From the NCBI GenBank assembly GCA_028286615.1, contig JAQBRG010000008.1, positions 1 to 47,403 on the forward strand: a stretch of DNA of 47,403 nt, given 5' to 3'. Each line of letters starts with the position of its first letter. Position 1 is the stretch's first letter. The stretch is from Parcubacteria group bacterium (lineage in GTDB: Bacteria > Patescibacteriota > Minisyncoccia > Phycocordibacterales > Phycocordibacteraceae). A model generated the notes under the pieces. The model was not told where the DNA came from, made no database searches, and saw only the letters and a program-made list of their open reading frames with translations. A program made the position numbers and the translations under genes. This document shows positions 19,474 to 28,803 of this stretch, in pieces.

Positions 19474-20334
19474 ATGAATAAATGGCTTAAGATTGCTCTC
19501 TATACCCTTCTAGGACTTTTTGCCTTGGTTGGTTTACTTTTCACCGCAGTATTCGTTGCGATGCGTTTTGATCTCTTGAACGTGCAGGGTTCTAATGCCT
19601 TGCGTAACGAATTCTTCCTTGGGACTTCAACACCTGACAAGCAACAGGCCGTTAAGAGCCAGCCTTGCAACGACAAGAGCAAGACGGTCTGTGACTGGAC
19701 CGAAACACCTGAATGGAATGTGGTTGAAGGAGGTCTTACCAAAGACGCAGCCGTAATCGCACGCGTTTCAAAAGAGACGGGGATTGATGGACGCATCATG
19801 GCTTCAGTGGTTATTCCTGAGCAGATTCGGTTCTTTACCTCAGAGCGTGAAGTGTTCAAGCGATACTTCGAGCCACTTAAGATACTTGGTTCCCTTTCGC
19901 AATTCTCTCTAGGCGTATCAGGTATCAAACAAGAAACGGCTGCTCAGGCAGAAGTCTATGCAAACGATTCCACCTCTCCTTTTTACCCAGGTGCAAAGTT
20001 TGCGGACCTCCTCGCCTACCCTGCAGGCACAGAGCATGACGCAGAACTCTACCGTCGTCTCACGGACGACAAGGATCACTACTATTCCTATCTATATACA
20101 GCGTTATATATAAAAGAGATTGAGACGCAATGGAAAACTGCAGGATTTGATATTCGTAACAATCCCGAAGCACTGGTTACACTTTTCAATATTGGTTTCG
20201 CTAACTCACATCCAAACGCAAACCCTCAGCCAGGAGGAGCACCTATAACCGTTGGAGGAAAGACCTACGCTTTTGGCGAGCTTGGCGCTAACTTCTATCA
20301 TTCAGACAAACTTCTTACTGCATTTCCTCGGTAA
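19474..20334 (+). CDS. Membrane-anchored hypothetical protein
   Basis: I chose the ATG at 19474 (MNKWLKIALYTLLGLFALVGLLF); the ORF-track start at 19396 lies inside the tRNA-Ser. It has one N-terminal TM helix and an extracytoplasmic domain. Confidence 0.7.
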   Translation: MNKWLKIALYTLLGLFALVGLLFTAVFVAMRFDLLNVQGSNALRNEFFLGTSTPDKQQAVKSQPCNDKSKTVCDWTETPEWNVVEGGLTKDAAVIARVSKETGIDGRIMASVVIPEQIRFFTSEREVFKRYFEPLKILGSLSQFSLGVSGIKQETAAQAEVYANDSTSPFYPGAKFADLLAYPAGTEHDAELYRRLTDDKDHYYSYLYTALYIKEIETQWKTAGFDIRNNPEALVTLFNIGFANSHPNANPQPGGAPITVGGKTYAFGELGANFYHSDKLLTAFPR

Positions 20335-20542
20335 CACGCTTCATGAGGCACTCACATAAGGGGTGTATCATGCATTGGTGGTACGGGCTTAGAACATAAG
20401 AATTTCATAGAAAAAGCTCCATATTCGCATAAGAACATTCTTAGGAATATAGGTATCAAGCACTGGTTAGACGCTGGAAGAACCTAGGGCTAGCGAAGGC
20501 ACAGGCGTACAATATTAAAATACTCACGATAATTTCTTTCTT

Positions 20543-21058
20543 ATGAATAGAAACGGATGGATAGTCCTCGTTATTATTGTTCTAGTCGCACTTGGTGGCG
20601 CATATGCATACGCTCAGAAAGCAAAAGCCCCAACCCCTATGGGAGACACGGGTACCTCAGCAGGAGTTGAGACAACCAATCCAGATGCAGCTACGGGCAG
20701 CACGGGCACAGCAGGAGTGGGTGTATCTGCTGGCGTATCAGCAAGCGCCAAGACAGTTACTGTCGCGTACACAGATCAGGGATTCAGTCCCAAGAATGTC
20801 AGCGTTAGCGTAGGAGACACCGTACATTTCGTAAACCAATCCGCAAGTAAGATGTGGGTGGCTTCAAACGAGCATCCTACACACACCGAGTATGACGGCA
20901 CGAACCTTCAGCAGCACTGTGCAACTGGCGGATCCTTTGACGAATGTAAGGCGGTTGCAACAGGCGGTACTTATGACTTCACCCTCACAAAGGCAGGTAC
21001 CTTTGATTTTCACAACCACGTACGCGCGTCAGACACCGGTACCATCGTAGTTAAGTAA
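20543..21058 (+). CDS. Membrane-anchored cupredoxin-like domain protein
   Basis: N-terminal TM helix, a G/T/A-rich linker and a C-terminal beta-sandwich-like segment (VSVSVGDTVHFVNQS ... FDFHNHVRASDTGTIVV). No canonical Cys copper ligand is seen. Confidence 0.55.
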   Translation: MNRNGWIVLVIIVLVALGGAYAYAQKAKAPTPMGDTGTSAGVETTNPDAATGSTGTAGVGVSAGVSASAKTVTVAYTDQGFSPKNVSVSVGDTVHFVNQSASKMWVASNEHPTHTEYDGTNLQQHCATGGSFDECKAVATGGTYDFTLTKAGTFDFHNHVRASDTGTIVVK

Positions 21059-21060
21059 CC

Positions 21061-21432
21061 ATGCAATCGTTCTCTTCCTTAACACCAAGCGAGACGCTGC
21101 TACGCCTAGGTTTGGCGCTCTCGTTTATCTATCCACCGATATCGGCAATCTTTGATCCCTATTCGTGGATTGGATATTTCCCAGCGTTTCTCTCAAATGC
21201 GTTCAGTGCACATCCCGAGATTCTTCTGCATTCGTTTGGAGTTGTAGAGGTTGTGCTCGCTCTCTGGATGTTGTTTGGAAAGAAAGTACGTATCCCAAGT
21301 TTGATAGCAGCACTCATGCTTATAGCAATTGTGTTCTTCAACTTGGGTCAATTCCCTATCCTCTTCCGAGATGTAGCGCTCGCATTCGCAGCACTCGCTC
21401 TCGCTTTCTGGCCTCAACGTTCGCGCTCATAG
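21061..21432 (+). CDS. Small polytopic membrane protein (DoxX-like)
   Basis: 123 aa with four hydrophobic segments. It lies 2 nt after the previous stop. Confidence 0.55.
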   Translation: MQSFSSLTPSETLLRLGLALSFIYPPISAIFDPYSWIGYFPAFLSNAFSAHPEILLHSFGVVEVVLALWMLFGKKVRIPSLIAALMLIAIVFFNLGQFPILFRDVALAFAALALAFWPQRSRS

Positions 21433-21435
21433 GAT

Positions 21436-21876
21436 ATGGAAGTTACTCACACTCGTTCAGCAGGCGGTGTTGTTATTGGCGATCACGGCACCGTAGCGAT
21501 GGTATTGAGTAACAACAGTAATTCCTGGCTGCTTCCCAAAGGGCATGTAGAAGAAGGCGAGACTGACGAAGAAGCAGCTCGCCGAGAAATTGCGGAAGAG
21601 ACTGGTCTTACAGACTTAGAACTTCTCGACGATCTTGGAGAATTTACTCGTCTCCCTTCAGACACTTTCGAAGAAAAGACCGTTAAGATGTTTCTCTTTG
21701 CCGCTCCTCCCCACGCTCTGCTTGCACCGACGCTTGAGATTAAAGAAGCACGATGGGTTCCGTACCGAGAGCTTCCTGAAACACTGGGAAGTCCACACAT
21801 AGAATGGTTCCAGAAGGATCGTGCATGGTTCTCAACGGTATTTGAGCGAGTGCGCCAAGCTATCCAACGAGATTAA
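21436..21876 (+). CDS. NUDIX hydrolase
   Basis: NUDIX box: GHVEEGETDEEAARREIAEETGL. Confidence 0.9.
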   Translation: MEVTHTRSAGGVVIGDHGTVAMVLSNNSNSWLLPKGHVEEGETDEEAARREIAEETGLTDLELLDDLGEFTRLPSDTFEEKTVKMFLFAAPPHALLAPTLEIKEARWVPYRELPETLGSPHIEWFQKDRAWFSTVFERVRQAIQRD

Positions 21877-21905
21877 CAAAAGAGCCGCATTGCGGCTCTT
21901 TTGTT
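21876..21905. terminator. Bidirectional terminator hairpin between convergent genes
   Basis: AACAAAAGAGCCGC-ATT-GCGGCTCTTTTGTT, with A/T runs on both sides. Confidence 0.7.
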
Positions 21906-22365
21906 AATGAAGATGTGTGAATAGATAGATGCCAATGGGTATGGTCCACACGAGCCAGTCTGCAACGCTTTTTCTCCATAGCTGGCCATAGTAGCGGGGA
22001 TGAAGATAGAACTCCTGGTACGAAACTGCGACAATCGCAAGGACTAGCAGGACGTAAATTGCCACATCGCTTCCGAAGAGTTCTTTGGAAATAAAGGTTG
22101 AGACAACAATAACTCCGAGAGCGCCGATGAAGTGACAGGCCTGTCTGTATGCGAGTACTCGGTATCCGTAATGCCCGGGCCCAAGTCTTTTCCGTGCGAG
22201 TGCGAGTGCGTGGTTGTATGACGCTTGCCAACGCACACGTTTCCCTTCAACGATGGTCGAGAAAGGATATAGGCGATCTGGAATTGAGACCAGGAAAGGA
22301 TATATACCCGTACGCTTAGCAGTACGGACAGATTTCTTGGCAGGAGTGCGAGTACGCTTCTTCAT
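21904..22365 (-). CDS. Hypothetical membrane protein with a basic N-terminus
   Basis: 153 aa with a K/R-rich N-terminus and three hydrophobic helices. It lies downstream of the malic enzyme gene on the same strand. Confidence 0.55.
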   Translation of the reverse strand: MKKRTRTPAKKSVRTAKRTGIYPFLVSIPDRLYPFSTIVEGKRVRWQASYNHALALARKRLGPGHYGYRVLAYRQACHFIGALGVIVVSTFISKELFGSDVAIYVLLVLAIVAVSYQEFYLHPRYYGQLWRKSVADWLVWTIPIGIYLFTHLH

Positions 22366-22383
22366 GCCCTCCAGTATACCGCT

Positions 22384-23520
22384 CTACCTAATAGCTTTGG
22401 CAACAGCTGGCACTACCCGCTTATCCATCACGTCTGGAATGATCTTGGTAGCTGTTGGTCTCTCAACAAGCGCGGCGAGCGCCTTTGCGGCTCTGAGTTT
22501 GCTTTCCATCGTTATCATACGCACTCCCTTATCAAGCGCGCCACGGAATACTCCAGGGAATACGAGGGCATTGTTAATCTGGTTCGGGAAATCAGAGCGT
22601 CCTGTGCCAATAACCATAGCGCCTCCTTTCTTGGCTTCTTCAGGAAGAATCTCAGGTACTGGATTTGAGAGCGCAAAGACAATAGCAGAAGGCGCCATGC
22701 GCTGTATATCAGCGGCCCTAAGAAGATTGGGACCAGATACACCTATAAACACGTCTGCTCCTGTAAGCGCCTCCGCAATACCGCCTTCAATACCACGAGG
22801 ATTCGTAAATGAGGCAAGTTCTTTCTTAGATGCGTTTAGGTCTGATCGCTTTGCATGCACAATGCCCGCGCGGTCTAGCATCACAATGTCTGAGACACCC
22901 GCAGCCTTTAGAAGTTTCGCCGTTGCAACTCCAGCTGCTCCCGCCCCCGCAATACAAACCTTCAGGTTCTTAAGTACTTTCTTCGTAACCTTCGCTGCGT
23001 TTATAAGGCCCGCAAGCACCACGATAGCGGTGCCGTGCTGGTCGTCATGCATAACAGGAATATCCAGTGCCTCTACAAGTCTTCGTTCTATTTCAAAACA
23101 TTCAGGTGCCTTAATGTCCTCAAGGTTAATTCCTCCCCACGCAGGAGCAATGGCCAAGATGGTGCGGACAATCTCATCCGGATCCTGCGTACTGAGTACG
23201 ATTGGCCACGCGTCGATGTTAGCAAGCTCTTTGAAGATAAGTGCCTTTCCTTCCATAACAGGAAGAGCGCCGTACGGACCAATGTTCCCGAGCCCAAGTA
23301 CAGCAGAGCCGTCAGAGATAACCGCCACCGAGTTCTTCTTAACAGAAAGCTTTCGAGCCTCTTCAGGGTGTTCAGCTAGGTATTTGGAAGCAACACCTAC
23401 ACCTGGGGTGTAGAAGAGAGAAAGGGCTTCCTTGGTCTTAAGCTTTACTCGTCCTTTTGTTTCGATACGCGCACCAACTTTCTTAAATTCTGCGAGAATT
23501 CTTTTATCTTTTGCATCCAT
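22384..23520 (-). CDS. NAD(P)-dependent malic enzyme (short form)
   Basis: 378 aa with LSLFYTPGV, VISDGSAVLGLGNIGP, FEIERRL...PVMHDDQHGTA and a GAGAAG dinucleotide fold. Confidence 0.9.
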   Translation of the reverse strand: MDAKDKRILAEFKKVGARIETKGRVKLKTKEALSLFYTPGVGVASKYLAEHPEEARKLSVKKNSVAVISDGSAVLGLGNIGPYGALPVMEGKALIFKELANIDAWPIVLSTQDPDEIVRTILAIAPAWGGINLEDIKAPECFEIERRLVEALDIPVMHDDQHGTAIVVLAGLINAAKVTKKVLKNLKVCIAGAGAAGVATAKLLKAAGVSDIVMLDRAGIVHAKRSDLNASKKELASFTNPRGIEGGIAEALTGADVFIGVSGPNLLRAADIQRMAPSAIVFALSNPVPEILPEEAKKGGAMVIGTGRSDFPNQINNALVFPGVFRGALDKGVRMITMESKLRAAKALAALVERPTATKIIPDVMDKRVVPAVAKAIR

Positions 23521-23540
23521 ATAGAGCCAGGATGCGCTTT

Positions 23541-25049
23541 TTATTTGCAGGTGGCAAGGAGCGCTGCTCGAGTCATGGGGCCCACGAGTCCGTACCCTGC
23601 ACCTCCCGCTTTAGCGATGCCATTCTTAACCTGGAACAGCTTAAGTGCGCGGTCTGTAGCAGGACCGAAGTTGCCAGTTACCTTTCCCTCTGGATAGATA
23701 GAGGAATCTTTGGCGAGCAGTGTTTGCAGTTTTGACACCTCTCCTCCTGTCTTGGCATCGGTGCTATCAAGCTTGAGCGAGTACGTGAATGGAGCACACA
23801 TTCCTACAGTGCCTGACGTTGCAGCAGGAACAGGTTCTACGCTTGGCGTAGCGCTAAACAACATATTGAGCGCATTGCGTGTTGCGGGACCAAGAGCACC
23901 TGTCTGGTCTATACCCTTACTCATCTGGAACGCCCTTACGCCATCCGTTGTACACGTGTTTATGAATCCTGATATTGGACACTCGGTTAGGTTCTTTCCT
24001 TGTTCAGGATAAAAGTTGAGGCTGTGGAGAGAGGCCTGTAGGGCGTATACACCGGTACTTGCTGTGGTAGTAGATGTTGTTGAAGCAAGGATATCGGTGC
24101 TGAAGGTATACGGAAGCGCACGGGTATCGTACCGGGTCTTGGTTTCTGCGCCGAGGAAATCTCGAATACCAAGCGTGGTCTGGTACGCGAAGTCTGAGAA
24201 TACATTGGAGCGAGAAGTATCATCTAAGAAGCGTGGCTCGTATATGTAGCCGTACTCGATAAGCATGCTCGGCACTTCAGATGTGTTGAATGCACCGAGT
24301 GCTATGAGTTCCTGGTCTTCGACTACTCCTGCATTCTCAAGTGGAAGCGTGCTCACTCCTTGAGAATTGTGCAGTCTGTTAAATACCGAGTCGGCAACTG
24401 CCTTTGAAGCTTCAGCGTTTCCGTACTGCTCGTCTGGAACATAAATTGCGAAGCCTGACTGCGTACCGGCAACATCAGGTGCGTGATTCGTCTCATCGTT
24501 AAGGTGAACATGGATCATAAGATCGATGTCGTTATCGTTTGCCCATTTAGAAACACCGTAAAGACGAAGTGCTACATCCGTTGGTGCCGCAGCGTGCTGA
24601 ACCTCGTCGGTCTTTTCCTCAACCTTTCCCTTCTTAACAAGCTTCGCCATTGCTTTCTTATGCGTATCTACAAACTTCTTTATAGTCTTCATGCTTCGGT
24701 CAAAGAGATTGCTGAGAGCATCGCTCCAGCTGTTGGTATCGCGAGCAAGGATAACCTCAAAGCGCGGGTCTGTCTCAAGTTCCTTTGCGAGTTTCTTTGA
24801 GAGATCAACCACAAGTTCTCTCTCGTAGAATCCACCAAATTGGGCTCCGCCAAAGTCTGGCTCGTGCCCAGGAACAATAAGTATGCGGAACTTGTCACTG
24901 CCACTCATGCCAGCATCCTGATATGCCTTAACGAGGTCGTCTGCGGTAACGGTGGTTGGAAAAGCGTCTTTGGCGGTTACCGCGTTTGCGTGGCTAAAAG
25001 GAAAGGTTATAGAAACAATGAGGAGGAGCGTAAGGAAAAGTCGTGGCAT
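23541..25049 (-). CDS. N-acetylmuramoyl-L-alanine amidase-like cell-wall hydrolase with two peptidoglycan-binding domains
   Basis: Signal peptide, amidase_3-like core (LIVPGHEPDFGGA, MIHVHLND, MLIEYGYI) and two PG_binding_1-like repeats (GALGPATRNAL, NFGPATDRALKLFQ). Confidence 0.7.
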   Translation of the reverse strand: MPRLFLTLLLIVSITFPFSHANAVTAKDAFPTTVTADDLVKAYQDAGMSGSDKFRILIVPGHEPDFGGAQFGGFYERELVVDLSKKLAKELETDPRFEVILARDTNSWSDALSNLFDRSMKTIKKFVDTHKKAMAKLVKKGKVEEKTDEVQHAAAPTDVALRLYGVSKWANDNDIDLMIHVHLNDETNHAPDVAGTQSGFAIYVPDEQYGNAEASKAVADSVFNRLHNSQGVSTLPLENAGVVEDQELIALGAFNTSEVPSMLIEYGYIYEPRFLDDTSRSNVFSDFAYQTTLGIRDFLGAETKTRYDTRALPYTFSTDILASTTSTTTASTGVYALQASLHSLNFYPEQGKNLTECPISGFINTCTTDGVRAFQMSKGIDQTGALGPATRNALNMLFSATPSVEPVPAATSGTVGMCAPFTYSLKLDSTDAKTGGEVSKLQTLLAKDSSIYPEGKVTGNFGPATDRALKLFQVKNGIAKAGGAGYGLVGPMTRAALLATCK

Positions 25050-25134
25050 AGGTATATATATCTTTATGACGGTTTATAAACATCATCCTTTCTTTCTAGT
25101 GAAGAAACGAAGAAGGCTCGCCCCAAGCAAGCCT

Positions 25135-25494
25135 TTATTTCTTAAGTGTCTTCGCTTTAACGTGCACAACTGCCGTGCAAGTTGCCTCTCCGCCAGGACC
25201 CTTAAATACGAGAGGGATCTCAAAGTTTCCAGGAACAGCAAAACCGATCTTCGTCTTTCCTGAATTAGGAGACAGATCTTTCTTCGAGACAGCAGTCATG
25301 GAGGTGGCATTCTTGCTAGTCCATTTAATGGTTGTGGTACCTCCTGAGTGAATCCGAGAGTTGGTTACCTTTACCTTGCACTCTGGAGCACTGAACTTAA
25401 GCGTAACTGCGGCTGATGCAGACACGGGGAGCGCAACGAAGGCACCAAACACGAAAACGAGTACGAAAAACGCAATAGATGATCGATAAGTCAT
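25135..25494 (-). CDS. Small secreted Ig-like module protein
   Basis: I prefer the ATG at 25494, which has GGAGGT 1 nt upstream. There is a signal peptide. The module TTTIKWTSKNATS...GGEATCTAVVHV resembles the repeats of the 42364-45135 protein. Confidence 0.65.
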   Translation of the reverse strand: MTYRSSIAFFVLVFVFGAFVALPVSASAAVTLKFSAPECKVKVTNSRIHSGGTTTIKWTSKNATSMTAVSKKDLSPNSGKTKIGFAVPGNFEIPLVFKGPGGEATCTAVVHVKAKTLKK

Positions 25495-25540
25495 ACCTCC
25501 ATGAGAGCATGGAAACGCGAGAAAAGCTATACTTGAAGCC

Positions 25541-27706
25541 ATGCATCCGGAGACACCAGTAACCACCATATTCACCCGCCTCAAGCCGGACCAGAAGCGC
25601 GCACTTACCAAGCTCGGTATCACAACTGCTCGCGACCTTCTGTACCATTTCCCGGCCAGATACGAAGCCGCAGGCCCTACGGGTACCGTTGCGGGCATAA
25701 CCCCGGGCGCTGATGTAACTCTCTACGGCACGATTAGAAAGCCTGAAGTGCGCAAGGCGTGGAAGAGCCGTCGTCCTATTGCTGAAGCATATCTAGAGGA
25801 TGCTTCAGGAAAGATAAAGCTGATGTGGTTCTCTCAGCCATACATCGCCAAGTCTCTTCATGACGGCATGGTTGTGAAGATAACCGGTAAGGTTGCTGGG
25901 ACTGCAGGAAAGATCTATGTAGCGAACCCCGACATAGACCGCTCCCCTATTCCTCCTGAGGAAGTGCACGAGACACTCTTTGCTGAGAGCCAGCTCGAAG
26001 GCACGGACCAACTCTTTGCCATATACCCTGAAAGCAAAGGCGTGTCTTCTCTCTGGCTCTTGCACGCTGCTCGCAGACTCTTTGAGCTTCATTTGCATGA
26101 ACAGGTTGAAGACCCGATTCCAGCCGAAATACTTGAGCGGTACAACCTCCCTTCGCTGGCAACAGCACTCGTTTGGATACATGCGCCTCGCAAACTTCCA
26201 GATGCTCAAGCTGCAAGAAAACGTTTTGCATTTGAGGAGGTGTTCGCACTTCAGCTTGGCGTACAGATGCGAAAGCTGGCAGCAGTTGCTGAGAAGTCTC
26301 TTCCTATAGAAACAGACCGTACAACTCTTAACGCTTTCATAAAGTCCTTCCCGTTCCCTCCAACCAATGCGCAGCAAAGAACAATTGAACAAGTTGCACT
26401 AGATTTTGAAGCAGCTCACCCCATGCGTCGTTTGCTTGAGGGAGATGTGGGTAGCGGAAAGACTGCTGTTGCCGCTGCAACCGCGTACATGGTTGCAACT
26501 TCAACTCCGCCAGGGCGAAGAAACGGGACGCTGCAAGTTGCATACATGTGCCCTACAGAAATTCTTGCTAAGCAGCACTTCTCAACCTTCGTCTCATATT
26601 TCAAAGACCACCCTATTCCTATTGGTCTTATAACCGGCAACGAGTGTAGGAAGTTCCCCTCAAAGATTCGAGGGCAAGAGTCTGCAAAGATATCGAGGGC
26701 TCAGTTTGCTAAGTGGGTAGCGAACGGCGAGATACCTATTGTTATAGGTACGCACGCACTCGTATATAAATCTCTTGAATTCCAGAACCTCGCGTACGCC
26801 ATTATCGACGAGCAGCATCGCTTTGGAAAAGTACAGCGACAGAAGCTGGTACGTAAAGACACAGTGTCTCCACACCTTCTTTCCATGACCGCCACTCCTA
26901 TCCCGCGAACGCTTGCTCTTACTATCTACGGAGATCTCGACATATCGCTTCTGGACGAAATGCCTGTTGGCCGCAAACCAGTTATTACGGAAATACTTGG
27001 ACCCGAGAAACGCGAAGAAGCGTACAAGCGAGTTCGAGAGGAAATGGCGAAGGGACGCCAGGTATATGTTATATGTCCGCGTATTAACGAGCCTGATCCC
27101 ACAAAAGAAATGGCAGTTATGGCCAAGTCTGTGAAAGCAGAGGCGGAGCGTCTTGGAACAGAAGTATTCCCTGAAGCAACGATAGATATTCTGCACAGCA
27201 AGATGACGCCCGCAGAAAAAGAAGCGTCTATGAGCGCGTTTGAGAAAGGTGTAACGGATATTCTTGTCGCGACATCCGTGGTTGAGGTTGGTGTGAACGT
27301 ACCTAACGCAACTGTAATCTTAATTGAAGGAGCAGAGCGCTTTGGTCTAGCTCAACTGCACCAGCTTCGTGGACGTGTTATCCGTTCTTCAAACCAAGCG
27401 TATTGTTTCGTTCTTCCTGAGAGTTATGGCGAAGCAACCAAGCAGCGTCTAACTGCACTCAAAGAAGCAAAGAACGGTTTTGAACTAGCTGAATACGATC
27501 TCTCTCAACGAGGTGCCGGTGAACTTATGGGCGGCAGGCAATGGGGCGTCTCTGATATTGCCATGGAGGCTCTTAAGAATTTAAAGCTTGTTGAGGCTGC
27601 GCGTATTGAGGCGTCTCGTATTGTTGGCGAAGATCCAAAACTCTCTAAGAGCCCCCTTCTCAAAGCTCTTGCAGACCGAGCTGAGGAAAGCGTGCATCCG
27701 GAATAG
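25541..27706 (+). CDS. recG: ATP-dependent DNA helicase RecG
   Basis: 721 aa with a wedge/OB N-terminus, helicase motifs GDVGSGKT, DEQHRFG and SMTATPIPRTL, and QLHQLRGRV. Confidence 0.93.
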   Translation: MHPETPVTTIFTRLKPDQKRALTKLGITTARDLLYHFPARYEAAGPTGTVAGITPGADVTLYGTIRKPEVRKAWKSRRPIAEAYLEDASGKIKLMWFSQPYIAKSLHDGMVVKITGKVAGTAGKIYVANPDIDRSPIPPEEVHETLFAESQLEGTDQLFAIYPESKGVSSLWLLHAARRLFELHLHEQVEDPIPAEILERYNLPSLATALVWIHAPRKLPDAQAARKRFAFEEVFALQLGVQMRKLAAVAEKSLPIETDRTTLNAFIKSFPFPPTNAQQRTIEQVALDFEAAHPMRRLLEGDVGSGKTAVAAATAYMVATSTPPGRRNGTLQVAYMCPTEILAKQHFSTFVSYFKDHPIPIGLITGNECRKFPSKIRGQESAKISRAQFAKWVANGEIPIVIGTHALVYKSLEFQNLAYAIIDEQHRFGKVQRQKLVRKDTVSPHLLSMTATPIPRTLALTIYGDLDISLLDEMPVGRKPVITEILGPEKREEAYKRVREEMAKGRQVYVICPRINEPDPTKEMAVMAKSVKAEAERLGTEVFPEATIDILHSKMTPAEKEASMSAFEKGVTDILVATSVVEVGVNVPNATVILIEGAERFGLAQLHQLRGRVIRSSNQAYCFVLPESYGEATKQRLTALKEAKNGFELAEYDLSQRGAGELMGGRQWGVSDIAMEALKNLKLVEAARIEASRIVGEDPKLSKSPLLKALADRAEESVHPE

Positions 27707-27756
27707 AACGCTGGTAGAGTGCGGCCAGATGAATTAATTGGCCTTAGGAGGGTCAG

Positions 27757-28695
27757 ATGAACCTTACAAAGAAGTTTGGCCCTGTTTGGGTTGGTAGCGG
27801 CACACGTGGTTTCTTCGGAGAGGGGTATTGGTTCCATTTTCTGATTCCCTCTCTCCACAAGACAACGCTGGTCGCCAAGACCACAACGGCTTTCAAGAAC
27901 GCCGGCAACATGGAACTCACAGCTAATTACACGCCCAAGCGTCTGTTCCCAGACTGTATCCGTGTGGACTTTCTCAATGGGCGCATGGTGAATTCAGTGA
28001 GTCTCTCAGGTCCTGGCATCGATGCCCTTCTCGCTATGGAACGCTGGCAAGATCTTAGAAAGCCGTTCATGATCTCAGTCATGCCAGTGGCTAAGACGGA
28101 AGAAGATCAGAAGAAAGAAGTGCGCCATTTTGTTGAAAGCCTCAAGGTAGCACTCCCGCATTTCCGGGGTCGTTTCAGACTTGCGATACAAGCGAATGTC
28201 ACCTGCCCTAACGTGGGTGCTGATATGAGCAAGATTGAAGAAAAAGCGAAATGGATTCTCGACATGCTCGGGGAGTTGGGGCTGCCTGTATTCATCAAGC
28301 TTAATCTGCTTACTGAGCCCGAGGCTGCTGCACGTATTACAAAACACCAGCACTGCTCAGGTATTTGCATCTCTAACGCGATACCTTTCGATGAACTCTT
28401 TCACTCGGAGTTCTGGAAGCGGGCGTACCCTCACGGCTCTCCCATGCCCCTGCGTTACGGGAAGGGCGGGTTGTCCGGAAAAGATTTGTTCAGTGCATTA
28501 CTCGAATGGCTGAATATGTTTCGTAAGATCGATAAGGAGACCTACGTCAACGCTGGCGGCGGCATTATGCGCGCTCGCGACGTGGACTTGGTTTACAATG
28601 CTGGAGCCAATTCGATCTCTATTACTTCAGTTGTGGTGCTTCGGCCTTGGCGTATTCCAAGCATCATTAAGCGTGCATATTCTTTGTTCTTATAA
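27757..28695 (+). CDS. Dihydroorotate dehydrogenase-family (class 1-like) TIM-barrel flavoenzyme
   Basis: Motifs align by eye with L. lactis DHODH-A: NSVSLSGPGID, NVTCPNVG (catalytic Cys position), GKGGLSG and NAGGGI. Substrate is not assignable (PyrD versus PreA-like). Confidence 0.65.
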   Translation: MNLTKKFGPVWVGSGTRGFFGEGYWFHFLIPSLHKTTLVAKTTTAFKNAGNMELTANYTPKRLFPDCIRVDFLNGRMVNSVSLSGPGIDALLAMERWQDLRKPFMISVMPVAKTEEDQKKEVRHFVESLKVALPHFRGRFRLAIQANVTCPNVGADMSKIEEKAKWILDMLGELGLPVFIKLNLLTEPEAAARITKHQHCSGICISNAIPFDELFHSEFWKRAYPHGSPMPLRYGKGGLSGKDLFSALLEWLNMFRKIDKETYVNAGGGIMRARDVDLVYNAGANSISITSVVVLRPWRIPSIIKRAYSLFL

Positions 28696-28705
28696 CGGAA
28701 GATAG

Positions 28706-28740
28706 CGCGGATGGTCCCAGACCCTCCGCGTTTTCCTTTT
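28706..28740 (+). terminator. Probable intrinsic terminator between the pyrD-like and pyrC genes
   Basis: CGCGGA..GG / CC..TCCGCG hairpin followed by TTTTCCTTTT. Confidence 0.45.
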
Positions 28741-28803
28741 GCCTTTTGCGTGGTACATTCCGCCCAGGTCACGTCGATCTTTAAAGCTCAGGAGGGCTGA
28801 AGT

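Noticed and set aside
22214-23413. 399-aa plus-strand ORF
   Set aside because: It is entirely antisense to the well-supported malic enzyme gene. Its Ser/Ala/Arg/Pro-rich composition shows no motifs, so it is a typical shadow ORF.
25805-27196. Minus-strand ORFs of 195 aa (25805-26392) and 178 aa (26660-27196)
   Set aside because: Both are antisense to recG. Their translations are Cys/Leu/Arg/Phe-rich with no motifs.
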